A stretch of DNA of 64,000 nt. Source: Escherichia phage DCP2. The stretch lies in the sequence record OR780565.1. The stretch is one strand, 5' to 3'. A model generated the notes under the pieces. It saw only the letters and a list, made by a program, of their open reading frames with translations, did not search any database and was not told the DNA's origin. The translations under genes were made by a program, and so were the position numbers. Positions 23,271 to 31,975 of the stretch are shown in pieces (within the stretch, counting starts at the first letter, position 1; every line of letters begins with the position of its first letter).

Positions 23271-23322
23271 ACAAACACTTGCCTTAGCAGGTGGAACCCC
23301 GACAAGGTTGCCGCAAGGCTTA

Positions 23323-23349
23323 GCCCCGACCGAAAGGTTGGGGCTTTTT
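23323..23349 (+). terminator. Rho-independent terminator
   Basis: gccccgacc-gaaa-ggttggggc hairpin followed by ttttt; identical copy at 23880-23906. Confidence 0.7.
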
Positions 23350-23351
23350 GG

Positions 23352-23359
23352 TATAAATA
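23352..23359 (+). promoter_or_regulatory. Late promoter TATAAATA upstream of an internal-protein-like gene
   Basis: Exact TATAAATA 39 nt upstream of the ATG at 23398. Confidence 0.5.
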
Positions 23360-23397
23360 TTAGTATATTAAATCTACAAATTAAAACAGGAAATAAG

Positions 23398-23871
23398 ATG
23401 AAATCATATACTCAATTTTTAAATGAAGCGGTGTTAAATGAAGCATCTAGCACCGAAATTCAAGCTGTTGCAAAAGCTGCCATTGCCGCGGGTAAATATT
23501 CCTATAAAGATGCTTCTGATGAATCGCGATTCCAGTTTGCACGCGACATGAAAGCGGAAGGATTTACGGGAAATGCAGTTAGTATGGCCTGGAAAAGTTT
23601 AGTTGCTACTGGCGCTGCTTTTGCAAAGGCTTCGGGTAAACCTGCTCCTAAAGCAGATCCTAAAGCGGCACAAGAAAAAAATATCGTTAAAGGAATTATC
23701 GCTAAATATGAAGCTATCCTTAAAGAGCTTTTAGTAATCAAAACCGAAGGCCAAAAGTTAGCCCGTGCTTATAGTTTCAAAGATAATCCACATGTTCACT
23801 CTCTTGAGTATGTTGAAGACATCCAAAAAATTATTAAAGACCGCATTTGGTCTGCTAAACAAATCAAATGA
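23398..23871 (+). CDS. Internal-protein-like capsid-targeted protein
   Basis: Starts MKSYTQFLNEA (capsid-targeting leader pattern); the ORF-track start at 23221 is rejected. Confidence 0.6.
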   Translation: MKSYTQFLNEAVLNEASSTEIQAVAKAAIAAGKYSYKDASDESRFQFARDMKAEGFTGNAVSMAWKSLVATGAAFAKASGKPAPKADPKAAQEKNIVKGIIAKYEAILKELLVIKTEGQKLARAYSFKDNPHVHSLEYVEDIQKIIKDRIWSAKQIK

Positions 23872-23879
23872 CATTCTTA

Positions 23880-23906
23880 GCCCCGACCGAAAGGTTGGGG
23901 CTTTTT
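23880..23906 (+). terminator. Rho-independent terminator (second copy)
   Basis: Same gccccgacc-gaaa-ggttggggc-ttttt element as at 23323. Confidence 0.7.
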
Positions 23907-23996
23907 AGTTTGAATCACTCGGATAACGCTGTTACGGATAGTAACAAAGTAATAAATAATTAATAACCAACCGATAAATTATTTCAAGGATTTTAA

Positions 23997-24560
23997 ATGA
24001 AAACCTATGCCGAATTTTTAACCGAAGCAGCAAAATTACCATCTGAAGCAGATCTTACTAAAGTATTCTTCCAATTGGACCCAAAAGACCGCGGCGATTT
24101 TCTTAAGTGGAAAGCTAAAGCTATTGAAATGTACAACATCGATAATAGTTCTTTTACAATGAGTCAAGAAAATAAATTCAATAAAGCATTTTTCAAAATT
24201 TCTAAGAAATTGGCATCTGGCGCTCAGGTTCCTAAATCTGTGTTAGCTACTCCTGAACGCGCACCTGTTAAAATTTCTAAGAATATGTTCGACACTAAAA
24301 AATACGTTAATGCTTTGAATAAAGCTCTTGATGCATTGGATGATGCAAAGAAGGCAGCCCGCGATCTTCAAGACGTGTACACCGATTTTGACCGCAAAAC
24401 TAAAGGTTCTATTTCAAATAGCGAACGCAATAGTGTAAGTGTTTATTCTGATAGCCTTGATGTTCTTGGCGATGCGTATACTGAAATTAAAAATCGTATT
24501 AACACTGCATCTAAGCTAAAAGCTGCTGCAGAAGCTATAATAAGTAAACTAGGTAAATAA
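23997..24560 (+). CDS. Internal-protein-like capsid-targeted protein
   Basis: Starts MKTYAEFLTEA; 187 aa, Lys/Ala-rich. Confidence 0.6.
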   Translation: MKTYAEFLTEAAKLPSEADLTKVFFQLDPKDRGDFLKWKAKAIEMYNIDNSSFTMSQENKFNKAFFKISKKLASGAQVPKSVLATPERAPVKISKNMFDTKKYVNALNKALDALDDAKKAARDLQDVYTDFDRKTKGSISNSERNSVSVYSDSLDVLGDAYTEIKNRINTASKLKAAAEAIISKLGK

Positions 24561-24568
24561 TTTTAAAT

Positions 24569-24594
24569 CCCTATCTAAATGATAGGGCTTTTTG
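24569..24594 (+). terminator. Rho-independent terminator
   Basis: ccctatc-taaat-gataggg hairpin followed by ctttttgg. Confidence 0.65.
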
Positions 24595-24716
24595 GTATCT
24601 AGGCCTTTCTGGACCTCTCTAGGCATCATTTAGTTTATACCCTTTATAATATATTATCCTATCCTTTAATTGCCCATCCCTGCCCTAGAATTCCCTAAAA
24701 ATTTTTTCACAAAACT

Positions 24717-24746
24717 GTTTACATCTCTGTTCTTCCATGGTACTAT
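24717..24746 (+). promoter_or_regulatory. T4-type early promoter
   Basis: gtttac -35 and tggtactatac extended -10. Confidence 0.6.
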
Positions 24747-24789
24747 ACAACTATCAACTACTGATACAGAAAACAACTTGGAGAATGAA

Positions 24790-25053
24790 ATGGATAATTA
24801 CGGCGAACTGTTCAACTTCTTTATGAAATGCGTTTCAGAAGATTTCGGTCGTACAGTGAATGATATTAAAGTTATCGGTCCTGATCATCCGATGTTTGAA
24901 ACTTACGCAGTAATGGGTAATGAAGACGGTCAGTGGTATACTGTAAAAGTTGTGATTAATATGTTCACAGCAGAAGGTTATGTTAAACTGTCTTCTAAAG
25001 TTTACCATGATAACGACGAAATCGCAGAAGAATATTTCAATAATATGAAATAA
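24790..25053 (+). CDS. Hypothetical protein
   Basis: 87-aa ORF from an internal Met downstream of the promoter; SD ggagaatgaa. Confidence 0.45.
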   Translation: MDNYGELFNFFMKCVSEDFGRTVNDIKVIGPDHPMFETYAVMGNEDGQWYTVKVVINMFTAEGYVKLSSKVYHDNDEIAEEYFNNMK

Positions 25054-25154
25054 GTTTACGCAGGCTCATGATTGAGATATTATGAGCCTATAATTTGACG
25101 ATAGAGTATTATACTCCTACGGATTTTAAATCTCAATTAACCTAAGGAAATACT

Positions 25155-25748
25155 ATGAACACACTGAAGAAAATTGTTGAGTTTATTCGCACTAAACTTG
25201 GTTCTGCTATGGCTAAAAATCTATCTGTCGAAGAACAGTATACTGCTGCAGCAGCAAAACTACTTGATAAAATTAAAGATCTAAAAACTGCTTCTGTTAA
25301 ATCTATTAACGAAGAAAAACGTATTCGTGAACTTGTTATCGAAAAGAATCGACAGGCCGAATCAAAAGAGCGTGAAATTCGTAAACTTCTTTCCGAAGGC
25401 CAAGATGTAACAATGCATGCTAAACTCGGTTTACTATATCGTCGAACAGCTGAGCAGTTGACTACTAAGGCTGACGGTTATGCTGAAATGCGAATTGAAA
25501 TCGCCAAGAAAGTAGTTGAGTTAGATGATGCTCGTCAAGAACTTGCGGTTAAATTGGAATATATCCGTGAAACTCGTGCAGCAAATGCCCTTGGAATTAG
25601 TACTGCCGATGATGTAGTTGAAATTGCAGCACTGACTAAGGTTGATATTGAAGATACCCTTGCTCGAGTTGAAACCTTTAACGGTAATATTTCTGGGGTT
25701 GAAACTACCTCTGCCGATGTTCAGGAATACATTAATTCTCTGAAATAA
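25155..25748 (+). CDS. Coiled-coil protein
   Basis: 197-aa ORF, largely heptad-like charged/Ala-rich sequence; SD aaggaaat upstream. Confidence 0.5.
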   Translation: MNTLKKIVEFIRTKLGSAMAKNLSVEEQYTAAAAKLLDKIKDLKTASVKSINEEKRIRELVIEKNRQAESKEREIRKLLSEGQDVTMHAKLGLLYRRTAEQLTTKADGYAEMRIEIAKKVVELDDARQELAVKLEYIRETRAANALGISTADDVVEIAALTKVDIEDTLARVETFNGNISGVETTSADVQEYINSLK

Positions 25749-25752
25749 TGAT

Positions 25753-25770
25753 AAGGGGCTTCGGCCCCTT
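25753..25770 (+). terminator. C(UUCG)G tetraloop hairpin, weak U-tract
   Basis: aaggggc-ttcg-gcccctt read directly. Confidence 0.4.
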
Positions 25771-25789
25771 ATACTTGGAGTAAATAGGA

Positions 25790-26404
25790 ATGAAAATGAA
25801 AATGCAAAGTGATTTCAATTCAATGTTTGAAGAGTTCCAAAGACAGGTTGATGTTCCAGACCAATTACTAAATGCTCTTAAACGCATGGCAGAAGGACGT
25901 AATTACTATTGGGGGTCTTCATATGAAACTGATGAAAGCCTTTCCGGAAGATTTTCTAGAGGTAAAAAGTCTTTAATACGTCCTGGAATACTTATTAACA
26001 GTATTGAATCAATTCATTTATTAACATGTGATTTTGACGTTGAATTTACTGATTTTGTTTCTCCTGAATGGACGGTCTGTTATTTAAACGACGATTATGA
26101 TTATCTTGGCGTTTATAGTTTAAGTGATGCACGGTTTAAACGTAATTTACAAAAGTCAAATTTATTTTATATTGATACTACGGTAAAATTTCAGGGCAAG
26201 AAATATTTCTTTACTCTTATAGTTGATTCTGAAACGAAGCATGAGAATAAACGTATTCTTAGTAAAAAGAATATCTTAACTATTGTTGATGATCTTTTTG
26301 ATAAATTCGTAGAAAATCCCAATTTTGAAAGCGATTTATTACTAGAAAAATTTGTTAAGGAATGTAGAGAATATGTCAAAACCATCACTATACCTTCCAA
26401 GTAA
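25790..26404 (+). CDS. Hypothetical protein, first member of a C-terminal F-V-x-E-C-R motif family
   Basis: 204-aa ORF ending EKFVKECREYVK... Confidence 0.5.
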   Translation: MKMKMQSDFNSMFEEFQRQVDVPDQLLNALKRMAEGRNYYWGSSYETDESLSGRFSRGKKSLIRPGILINSIESIHLLTCDFDVEFTDFVSPEWTVCYLNDDYDYLGVYSLSDARFKRNLQKSNLFYIDTTVKFQGKKYFFTLIVDSETKHENKRILSKKNILTIVDDLFDKFVENPNFESDLLLEKFVKECREYVKTITIPSK

Positions 26405-26765
26405 ACCGTTGAAGTATGAATTAAAGCGCCAGCTAATTCCTACTGATGTATTAGTAGGTCCTGTGACAGCTGTATCATTTATAATCCTAATGATTATTGG
26501 AATAGTTATAGATGTTACTACTGATATTGAATCAGACGCAGTATTTCTGTTAGTATTAATTCTTCCATTAGTAGTTCCATTTTTATTAGTACCTGTAAAT
26601 TGGGTAGGATACTGGTATCAAGGAAGACATTATCGTAAACGCGTACGCGAATGGAAAGCTCAGTGTAAAAAGATTAAAAAGGAACATCAGCTTAAACTTG
26701 CTGCGTATGAATTTAATGAAATTATGAAATTTGTTAAGGAATCACGATGCAAAAGCCAAAACTAA
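26373..26765 (+). CDS. Small membrane protein (family member)
   Basis: Internal Met start; two hydrophobic helices; C-terminal KFVKESRCK. Confidence 0.5.
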   Translation: MSKPSLYLPSKPLKYELKRQLIPTDVLVGPVTAVSFIILMIIGIVIDVTTDIESDAVFLLVLILPLVVPFLLVPVNWVGYWYQGRHYRKRVREWKAQCKKIKKEHQLKLAAYEFNEIMKFVKESRCKSQN

Positions 26766-27109
26766 ATAAAGTCAAATATTCGTTTCCAGAGGCACTATTA
26801 ATTCTTGCCATATCAGCATTTGCAGCTCTTGCAGGTAGTCTTATTGGATTAATGATTGACTGTCTTATTTTAAACATCGACGGCACAGTAAATATAACAG
26901 AAGTTTGGAGTGAGCTTTGTTATACTAAAATTATTTCATTGTTTTCATTCTTTGGTATCATTTTATATTTTCATTATGATAATTTTAAAATAAATTGGCA
27001 AAGAAAAAAGGATTACAAAATACAATTAAAAGAATATAATAACTACATGTCTTATATTGAAAAAGAATCAATGGAAGAGTTTGTGAGTGATTGCAGGAAA
27101 ATTAAATGA
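26747..27109 (+). CDS. Small membrane protein (family member)
   Basis: 120 aa; two hydrophobic helices; C-terminal EFVSDCRKIK. Confidence 0.5.
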   Translation: MQKPKLNKVKYSFPEALLILAISAFAALAGSLIGLMIDCLILNIDGTVNITEVWSELCYTKIISLFSFFGIILYFHYDNFKINWQRKKDYKIQLKEYNNYMSYIEKESMEEFVSDCRKIK

Positions 27110-27594
27110 TTTTAAAAACTCGCTGGTATGATTTAGATGATGGAGATGATGGCATTCCAGTTGATAGAGTTGATTGGAATGGCTGTTCCGAAGATATGAA
27201 AAATTTGTTGATTAGGGAGTTTAGAATGGGATATCAAGTAGTTAAGCCATCTACTGTAACAGACGATAAATTCGTTTGTATTCAAAACGGTCGTGCTAAG
27301 TTAACGAACGCTGAATGGTTTACGGATAAGAATATGCTTCTGTGGTATATCATTAGTCTTCCTGCGTCATCATTCGTATTTTACTTCTTTGGAAAAAATC
27401 CAATGGACAGAATAGGAGATTGGGCTCTTTGTACTATATTTGTTAATATTTTTACTGCAGCAATATTATCCGGAATATGGTGTGTGTTCATTGAAATGCC
27501 ATGGCGGTTACGCAGACAACAAAAGATTTTTGATGAAAAGAAATATGCTCAAAATTTAAATAACTTTATCACTGAATGCAGGAAATTAAAATGA
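27106..27594 (+). CDS. Small membrane protein (family member)
   Basis: 162 aa; hydrophobic helices; C-terminal NFITECRKLK; ATGA coupling to nudE. Confidence 0.5.
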   Translation: MILKTRWYDLDDGDDGIPVDRVDWNGCSEDMKNLLIREFRMGYQVVKPSTVTDDKFVCIQNGRAKLTNAEWFTDKNMLLWYIISLPASSFVFYFFGKNPMDRIGDWALCTIFVNIFTAAILSGIWCVFIEMPWRLRRQQKIFDEKKYAQNLNNFITECRKLK

Positions 27595-28031
27595 AAACAT
27601 TATCAGCTGGTATTATCTTTATGACAGAAGATAAAGATTTATTTATGGGACGAGTTACCGGTTCTCGTAAACCTGGAATGATTGCACATCGCTGGGATAT
27701 TCCAAAGGGGCGTGTAGAAAGTTCTGATTTGAATGCACTGGAAGCTGCAAAAAGAGAATGCTCAGAAGAGACTGGTTTTATCGATTATAATCCAGACCTT
27801 CTAGAAGACTTAGGTGTATTTAAATATTCTAGTAATAAAGACTTACAGTTATTTTATTATACGATTCCAGTAGAGCATGAGATGTTTAGAAATTGCCATT
27901 GCGAGTCTTATTTTGAAAATAAAGATGGCGTTATGATTCCAGAGATGGATGCTTTTGCTCTTATTCCTCGTACTCAGTGGCAATATGTGATGGGTCCTTC
28001 ACTTTACCGAATAATGAACAGCCTCTTTTAA
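27591..28031 (+). CDS. nudE: Nudix hydrolase NudE
   Basis: Nudix box GRVESSDLNALEAAKRECSEETGF; position immediately upstream of e. Confidence 0.85.
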   Translation: MKTLSAGIIFMTEDKDLFMGRVTGSRKPGMIAHRWDIPKGRVESSDLNALEAAKRECSEETGFIDYNPDLLEDLGVFKYSSNKDLQLFYYTIPVEHEMFRNCHCESYFENKDGVMIPEMDAFALIPRTQWQYVMGPSLYRIMNSLF

Positions 28032-28834
<803 letters not shown>

Positions 28835-28835
28835 T

Positions 28836-28866
28836 GTTTACTTCCTCCAAGGACTTTGATACTATA
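28836..28866 (+). promoter_or_regulatory. T4-type early promoter upstream of denV
   Basis: gtttac -35 and tgatactatac -10. Confidence 0.55.
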
Positions 28867-28892
28867 CATTCATCAACTACTTGGAGGAAATT

Positions 28893-29309
28893 ATGACTCG
28901 TATCAATTTAACACTTGTTTCTGAACTGACCGATCAACATCTTATGGCTGAGTATCGTGAATTGCCACGTGTTTTTGGTATAGTTCGTAAGCATGTGGCA
29001 AACGGTAAGCGCGCTAAAGATTTTAAAATATCTTCTAAATTTATTTTAGGTTCTGGTCATGTTACTTTCTTTTACGATAAGTTAGAATTTTTGCGAAAGC
29101 GTCAATCGGACATTATAACGGAATGCTTAAAACGCGGGTTCAGTATAAAAGATACTGAAGTTCCTGACATCAGCGATATTCCAGTAGAATGGAAAAATGA
29201 TTATAATCCATGCAAATCAGCTATTAAGTTGAGTCAACAACGACTCGATGAAAAAATTTTAATGAAGCCACACTGGTATAAGTATTACGGCAAAAATATT
29301 TACATTTAA
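28893..29309 (+). CDS. denV: Endonuclease V (pyrimidine-dimer DNA glycosylase)
   Basis: 138 aa from [29 protein letters not shown]; matches my recollection of T4 endo V. Confidence 0.9.
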   Translation: MTRINLTLVSELTDQHLMAEYRELPRVFGIVRKHVANGKRAKDFKISSKFILGSGHVTFFYDKLEFLRKRQSDIITECLKRGFSIKDTEVPDISDIPVEWKNDYNPCKSAIKLSQQRLDEKILMKPHWYKYYGKNIYI

Positions 29310-29454
29310 ATAACATGGGAATAACCTGGACCTCATGATTCTATGAGGGATTCCCGCCAACCTGTAATAAGGTCGAGCCCAAGTGCGGTAATGGGTAAAT
29401 ACAGAAATGGACAATTCATGCGCCATGGAATGGCCCAAATTTAGAGAGAATAAA

Positions 29455-29994
29455 ATGAGAACATTTTTAACTGGTCCTTATCTATCCCTGATGAATGCTT
29501 TTACACACCATTCTGATGCTAGAGTAGAAGAAATTTGTAAAAACGAATATATCCCACCATTTGAAGACTTACTTAAGCAGTATTGCACACTTCGACTAGA
29601 CGGTGGACGTCAATCCGGTAAATCAACTGCTGTGACTAACTTTGCTGCTAATTGGCTGTATGACGGTGGAACAGTTATTGTTCTTTCTAATACTTCAGCT
29701 TACGCTAAAATTTCTGCAGGCCACATTAAAAAAGAATTTTCTCGTTATTCTAGTGATGATATTCGATTCCGCTTATTTACTGATTCTGTCCGTAGTTTTA
29801 TCGGTAATAAAGGAAGCAAGTTCAGAGGTTTATCTCTTTCGCGAATTTTGTATATAATCGATGAGCCTGTTAAATCTCCTGATATGGATAAAATTTACGA
29901 TATTCATATTGAAACTGTGCAACACTGCTGTAATAGTAAATGCTGCATTGGCGGTATTACTCGTCCGCAGTTTTTCGTAATTGGAATGCAATGA
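29455..29994 (+). CDS. Small P-loop NTPase-like protein
   Basis: Walker A GGRQSGKST, Walker B-like LYIIDEP; internal Met with SD gagaga. Confidence 0.5.
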   Translation: MRTFLTGPYLSLMNAFTHHSDARVEEICKNEYIPPFEDLLKQYCTLRLDGGRQSGKSTAVTNFAANWLYDGGTVIVLSNTSAYAKISAGHIKKEFSRYSSDDIRFRLFTDSVRSFIGNKGSKFRGLSLSRILYIIDEPVKSPDMDKIYDIHIETVQHCCNSKCCIGGITRPQFFVIGMQ

Positions 29995-30320
29995 TGACAG
30001 ATACGCAACTTTTCGAATATCTTTATTTTTCGCCAAAAACTATTAAAAATAAATTGGTGAATCATTTTGAAATTTTGGCAAATAACAACGTCTTGAGCGA
30101 ATTTTATCCCAAGCAATACAAATTACAAAAAGGTGTATTCAAAGGATGCAGAGTTTTGTGCACTGCTCCTAATGCAAGATTAATGAATAAAATTCCATAT
30201 TTTACCATGGAATTTATTGATGGACCATTTAAAGGATTAATTACTCAAAGTTTAATGGCATATGATTCTGAGCCATTTTTAATTAAAGAACAGTCTTGGA
30301 TAAATTTATTTTCTAATTGA
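29991..30320 (+). CDS. Hypothetical protein
   Basis: About 109-aa ORF, ATGA-coupled to the upstream gene. Confidence 0.4.
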   Translation: MMTDTQLFEYLYFSPKTIKNKLVNHFEILANNNVLSEFYPKQYKLQKGVFKGCRVLCTAPNARLMNKIPYFTMEFIDGPFKGLITQSLMAYDSEPFLIKEQSWINLFSN

Positions 30321-30326
30321 GGTTAT

Positions 30327-30689
30327 ATGAAAGCATATCAAATTCTTGAAGGCACGCATAAAGGTACTATTTATTTTGAAGATGGTATTCAAGCACGAAT
30401 TATTGTCTCTAAAACCTTTAAAGAGGACTCTTTTGTAGACCCGGAAATTTTTTACGGTTTGCATGCCCGCGAAATTGAAATTGAAACACAACCTACAGTT
30501 AAAATTGAAGGTGGTCAGCACCTGAACGTTAACGTTCTGCGTCGCGAAACTCTGGAAGATGCAGTTAAGCATCCGGAAAAATATCCGCAGCTGACCATCC
30601 GTGTATCCGGTTATGCAGTTCGCTTTAACTCTCTGACTCCGGAACAGCAGCGCGACGTTATCGCTCGTACCTTTACTGAGAGCTTGTAA
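30327..30689 (+). CDS. Autonomous glycyl-radical cofactor (GrcA/YfiD-like)
   Basis: C-terminal [29 protein letters not shown] glycyl-radical motif; 3' half has host-like GC and codon usage. Confidence 0.8.
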   Translation: MKAYQILEGTHKGTIYFEDGIQARIIVSKTFKEDSFVDPEIFYGLHAREIEIETQPTVKIEGGQHLNVNVLRRETLEDAVKHPEKYPQLTIRVSGYAVRFNSLTPEQQRDVIARTFTESL

Positions 30690-30910
30690 TGGCAAAGATA
30701 ATTATTGAAGGTTCTGAAGATGTGCTAAATGCTTTCGCCGAATGGTTTAGTAATTCAGGCGAACAGCAATTTAATGAAGCATGGAACATGGGTGATATTA
30801 ATGGAATTTATCCTACGACAGAAATTTCTGTTCAGGGATATGGCATTCATGAACCTATTCGTTTAGTTGAATATGATTTGGGAACAGGTGAGGAAGTAAA
30901 ATATGATTGA
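30689..30910 (+). CDS. Hypothetical protein
   Basis: 73-aa acidic ORF, coupled to neighbours. Confidence 0.4.
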   Translation: MAKIIIEGSEDVLNAFAEWFSNSGEQQFNEAWNMGDINGIYPTTEISVQGYGIHEPIRLVEYDLGTGEEVKYD

Positions 30911-31169
30911 AGACATTAAAGGTTATAAGCCACATACTGAAGAGAAAATCGGTAAAGTGAATGCTATCAAAGACGCTGAAGTTCGTTTAGGACTTATCTT
31001 TGATGCTTTATACGATGAATTCTGGGAAGCACTAGATAATTGTGAAGACTGTGAATTCGCAAAGAATTATTCCGAAAGTCTCGATCAGTTAACTATTGCT
31101 AAAACGAAGCTTAAAGAAGCCAGTATGTGGGCTTGTCGTGCTGTGTTCCAACCAGAGGAAAAATATTAA
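30903..31169 (+). CDS. Hypothetical protein in the vs.4 position (possible Acb2-family candidate)
   Basis: 88-aa ORF, fifth ORF after denV and second before regB; assignment by position only. Confidence 0.4.
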   Translation: MIEDIKGYKPHTEEKIGKVNAIKDAEVRLGLIFDALYDEFWEALDNCEDCEFAKNYSESLDQLTIAKTKLKEASMWACRAVFQPEEKY

Positions 31170-31447
31170 TGGCTCAATTAAGCGCAGGGTTTGGTTATGA
31201 GTATTATACTGCCCCTCGTCGTGTATCTGTCGCTCCTAAGAAAATTCAAAGTCTTGATGACTTCCAAGAAGTAGTCCGTAAAGCTTTCCAGGACTACGCA
31301 CGTTATCTTAAAGAAGATTCACAGGACTGTCTCGAAGAAGATGAAATTGCTTACTATGAGCAGCGTCTTGAACAGCTTAAAAACCTACATGAGGTTCGTG
31401 CAGAAGTTACAAAGTCTATGAATAAATTGATTAGATTTAAAGAATAA
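31169..31447 (+). CDS. Hypothetical protein
   Basis: ORF from internal Met ([13 protein letters not shown]...), overlapping the upstream stop. Confidence 0.45.
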   Translation: MAQLSAGFGYEYYTAPRRVSVAPKKIQSLDDFQEVVRKAFQDYARYLKEDSQDCLEEDEIAYYEQRLEQLKNLHEVRAEVTKSMNKLIRFKE

Positions 31448-31449
31448 CT

Positions 31450-31479
31450 GTTTACTTTTCCTCTTGACTGTGGTATAAT
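31450..31479 (+). promoter_or_regulatory. T4-type early promoter upstream of regB
   Basis: gtttac -35 and tggtataat extended -10. Confidence 0.65.
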
Positions 31480-31506
31480 TTTTCTATCAGTTAAGAGGAG
31501 AATAAC

Positions 31507-31968
31507 ATGACTATCAACACAGAAGTTTTTATCCGTCGAAATAAGCTTCGTCGTCACTTTGAGTCGGAGTTTCGTCAAATTAACAATGAGATTCGTGAGG
31601 CATCAAAAGCAGCAGGGGTCTCATCGTTTCATCTAAAATATTCTCAGCATCTTCTTGATCGTGCAATTCAACGGGAGATTGATGAGACATATGTTTTTGA
31701 ATTATTCCATAAAATAAAAGACCATGTTTTAGAAGTTAATGAATTCCTGAGTATGCCTCCGCGTCCTGACATTGACGAGGATTTTATTGATGGGGTTGAA
31801 TATCGTCCTGGGCGTTTAGAAATCACCGATGGAAATCTTTGGCTTGGATTTACAGTTTGTAAACCTAATGCGAAGTTCAAAGACCCGTCACTTCAGTGCA
31901 GGATGGCAATTATCAATAGTCGTCGTTTACCAGGAAAGGCTTCTAAAGCAGTAATTAAAACTCAATGA
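31507..31968 (+). CDS. regB: Endoribonuclease RegB
   Basis: 153 aa, same length as T4 RegB; synteny vs-regB-vs.x. Confidence 0.8.
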   Translation: MTINTEVFIRRNKLRRHFESEFRQINNEIREASKAAGVSSFHLKYSQHLLDRAIQREIDETYVFELFHKIKDHVLEVNEFLSMPPRPDIDEDFIDGVEYRPGRLEITDGNLWLGFTVCKPNAKFKDPSLQCRMAIINSRRLPGKASKAVIKTQ

Positions 31969-31975
31969 GGTAAGC

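Noticed and set aside
23221-23397. N-terminal 59 codons of the track ORF 23221-23871
   Set aside because: This part runs through the GC-rich non-coding stretch and a terminator; the capsid-targeting leader MKSYTQFLNEA with a late promoter at 23352 marks the real start at 23398.
24670-24789. N-terminal extensions of track ORFs that read through promoters (24670-24789 and 39140-39310)
   Set aside because: The translated segments (FFTKLFTS...GTIQLS) are the promoter sequence itself read in frame; the real starts are downstream internal ATGs with Shine-Dalgarno sequences.
25054-25094. gtttac ... tataat pair at 25054-25094 as an early promoter
   Set aside because: The spacing between the -35-like and -10-like elements is about 29 nt, and the intervening sequence forms a 7-bp hairpin (ggctcat/atgagcc); more likely a 3' hairpin than a promoter.
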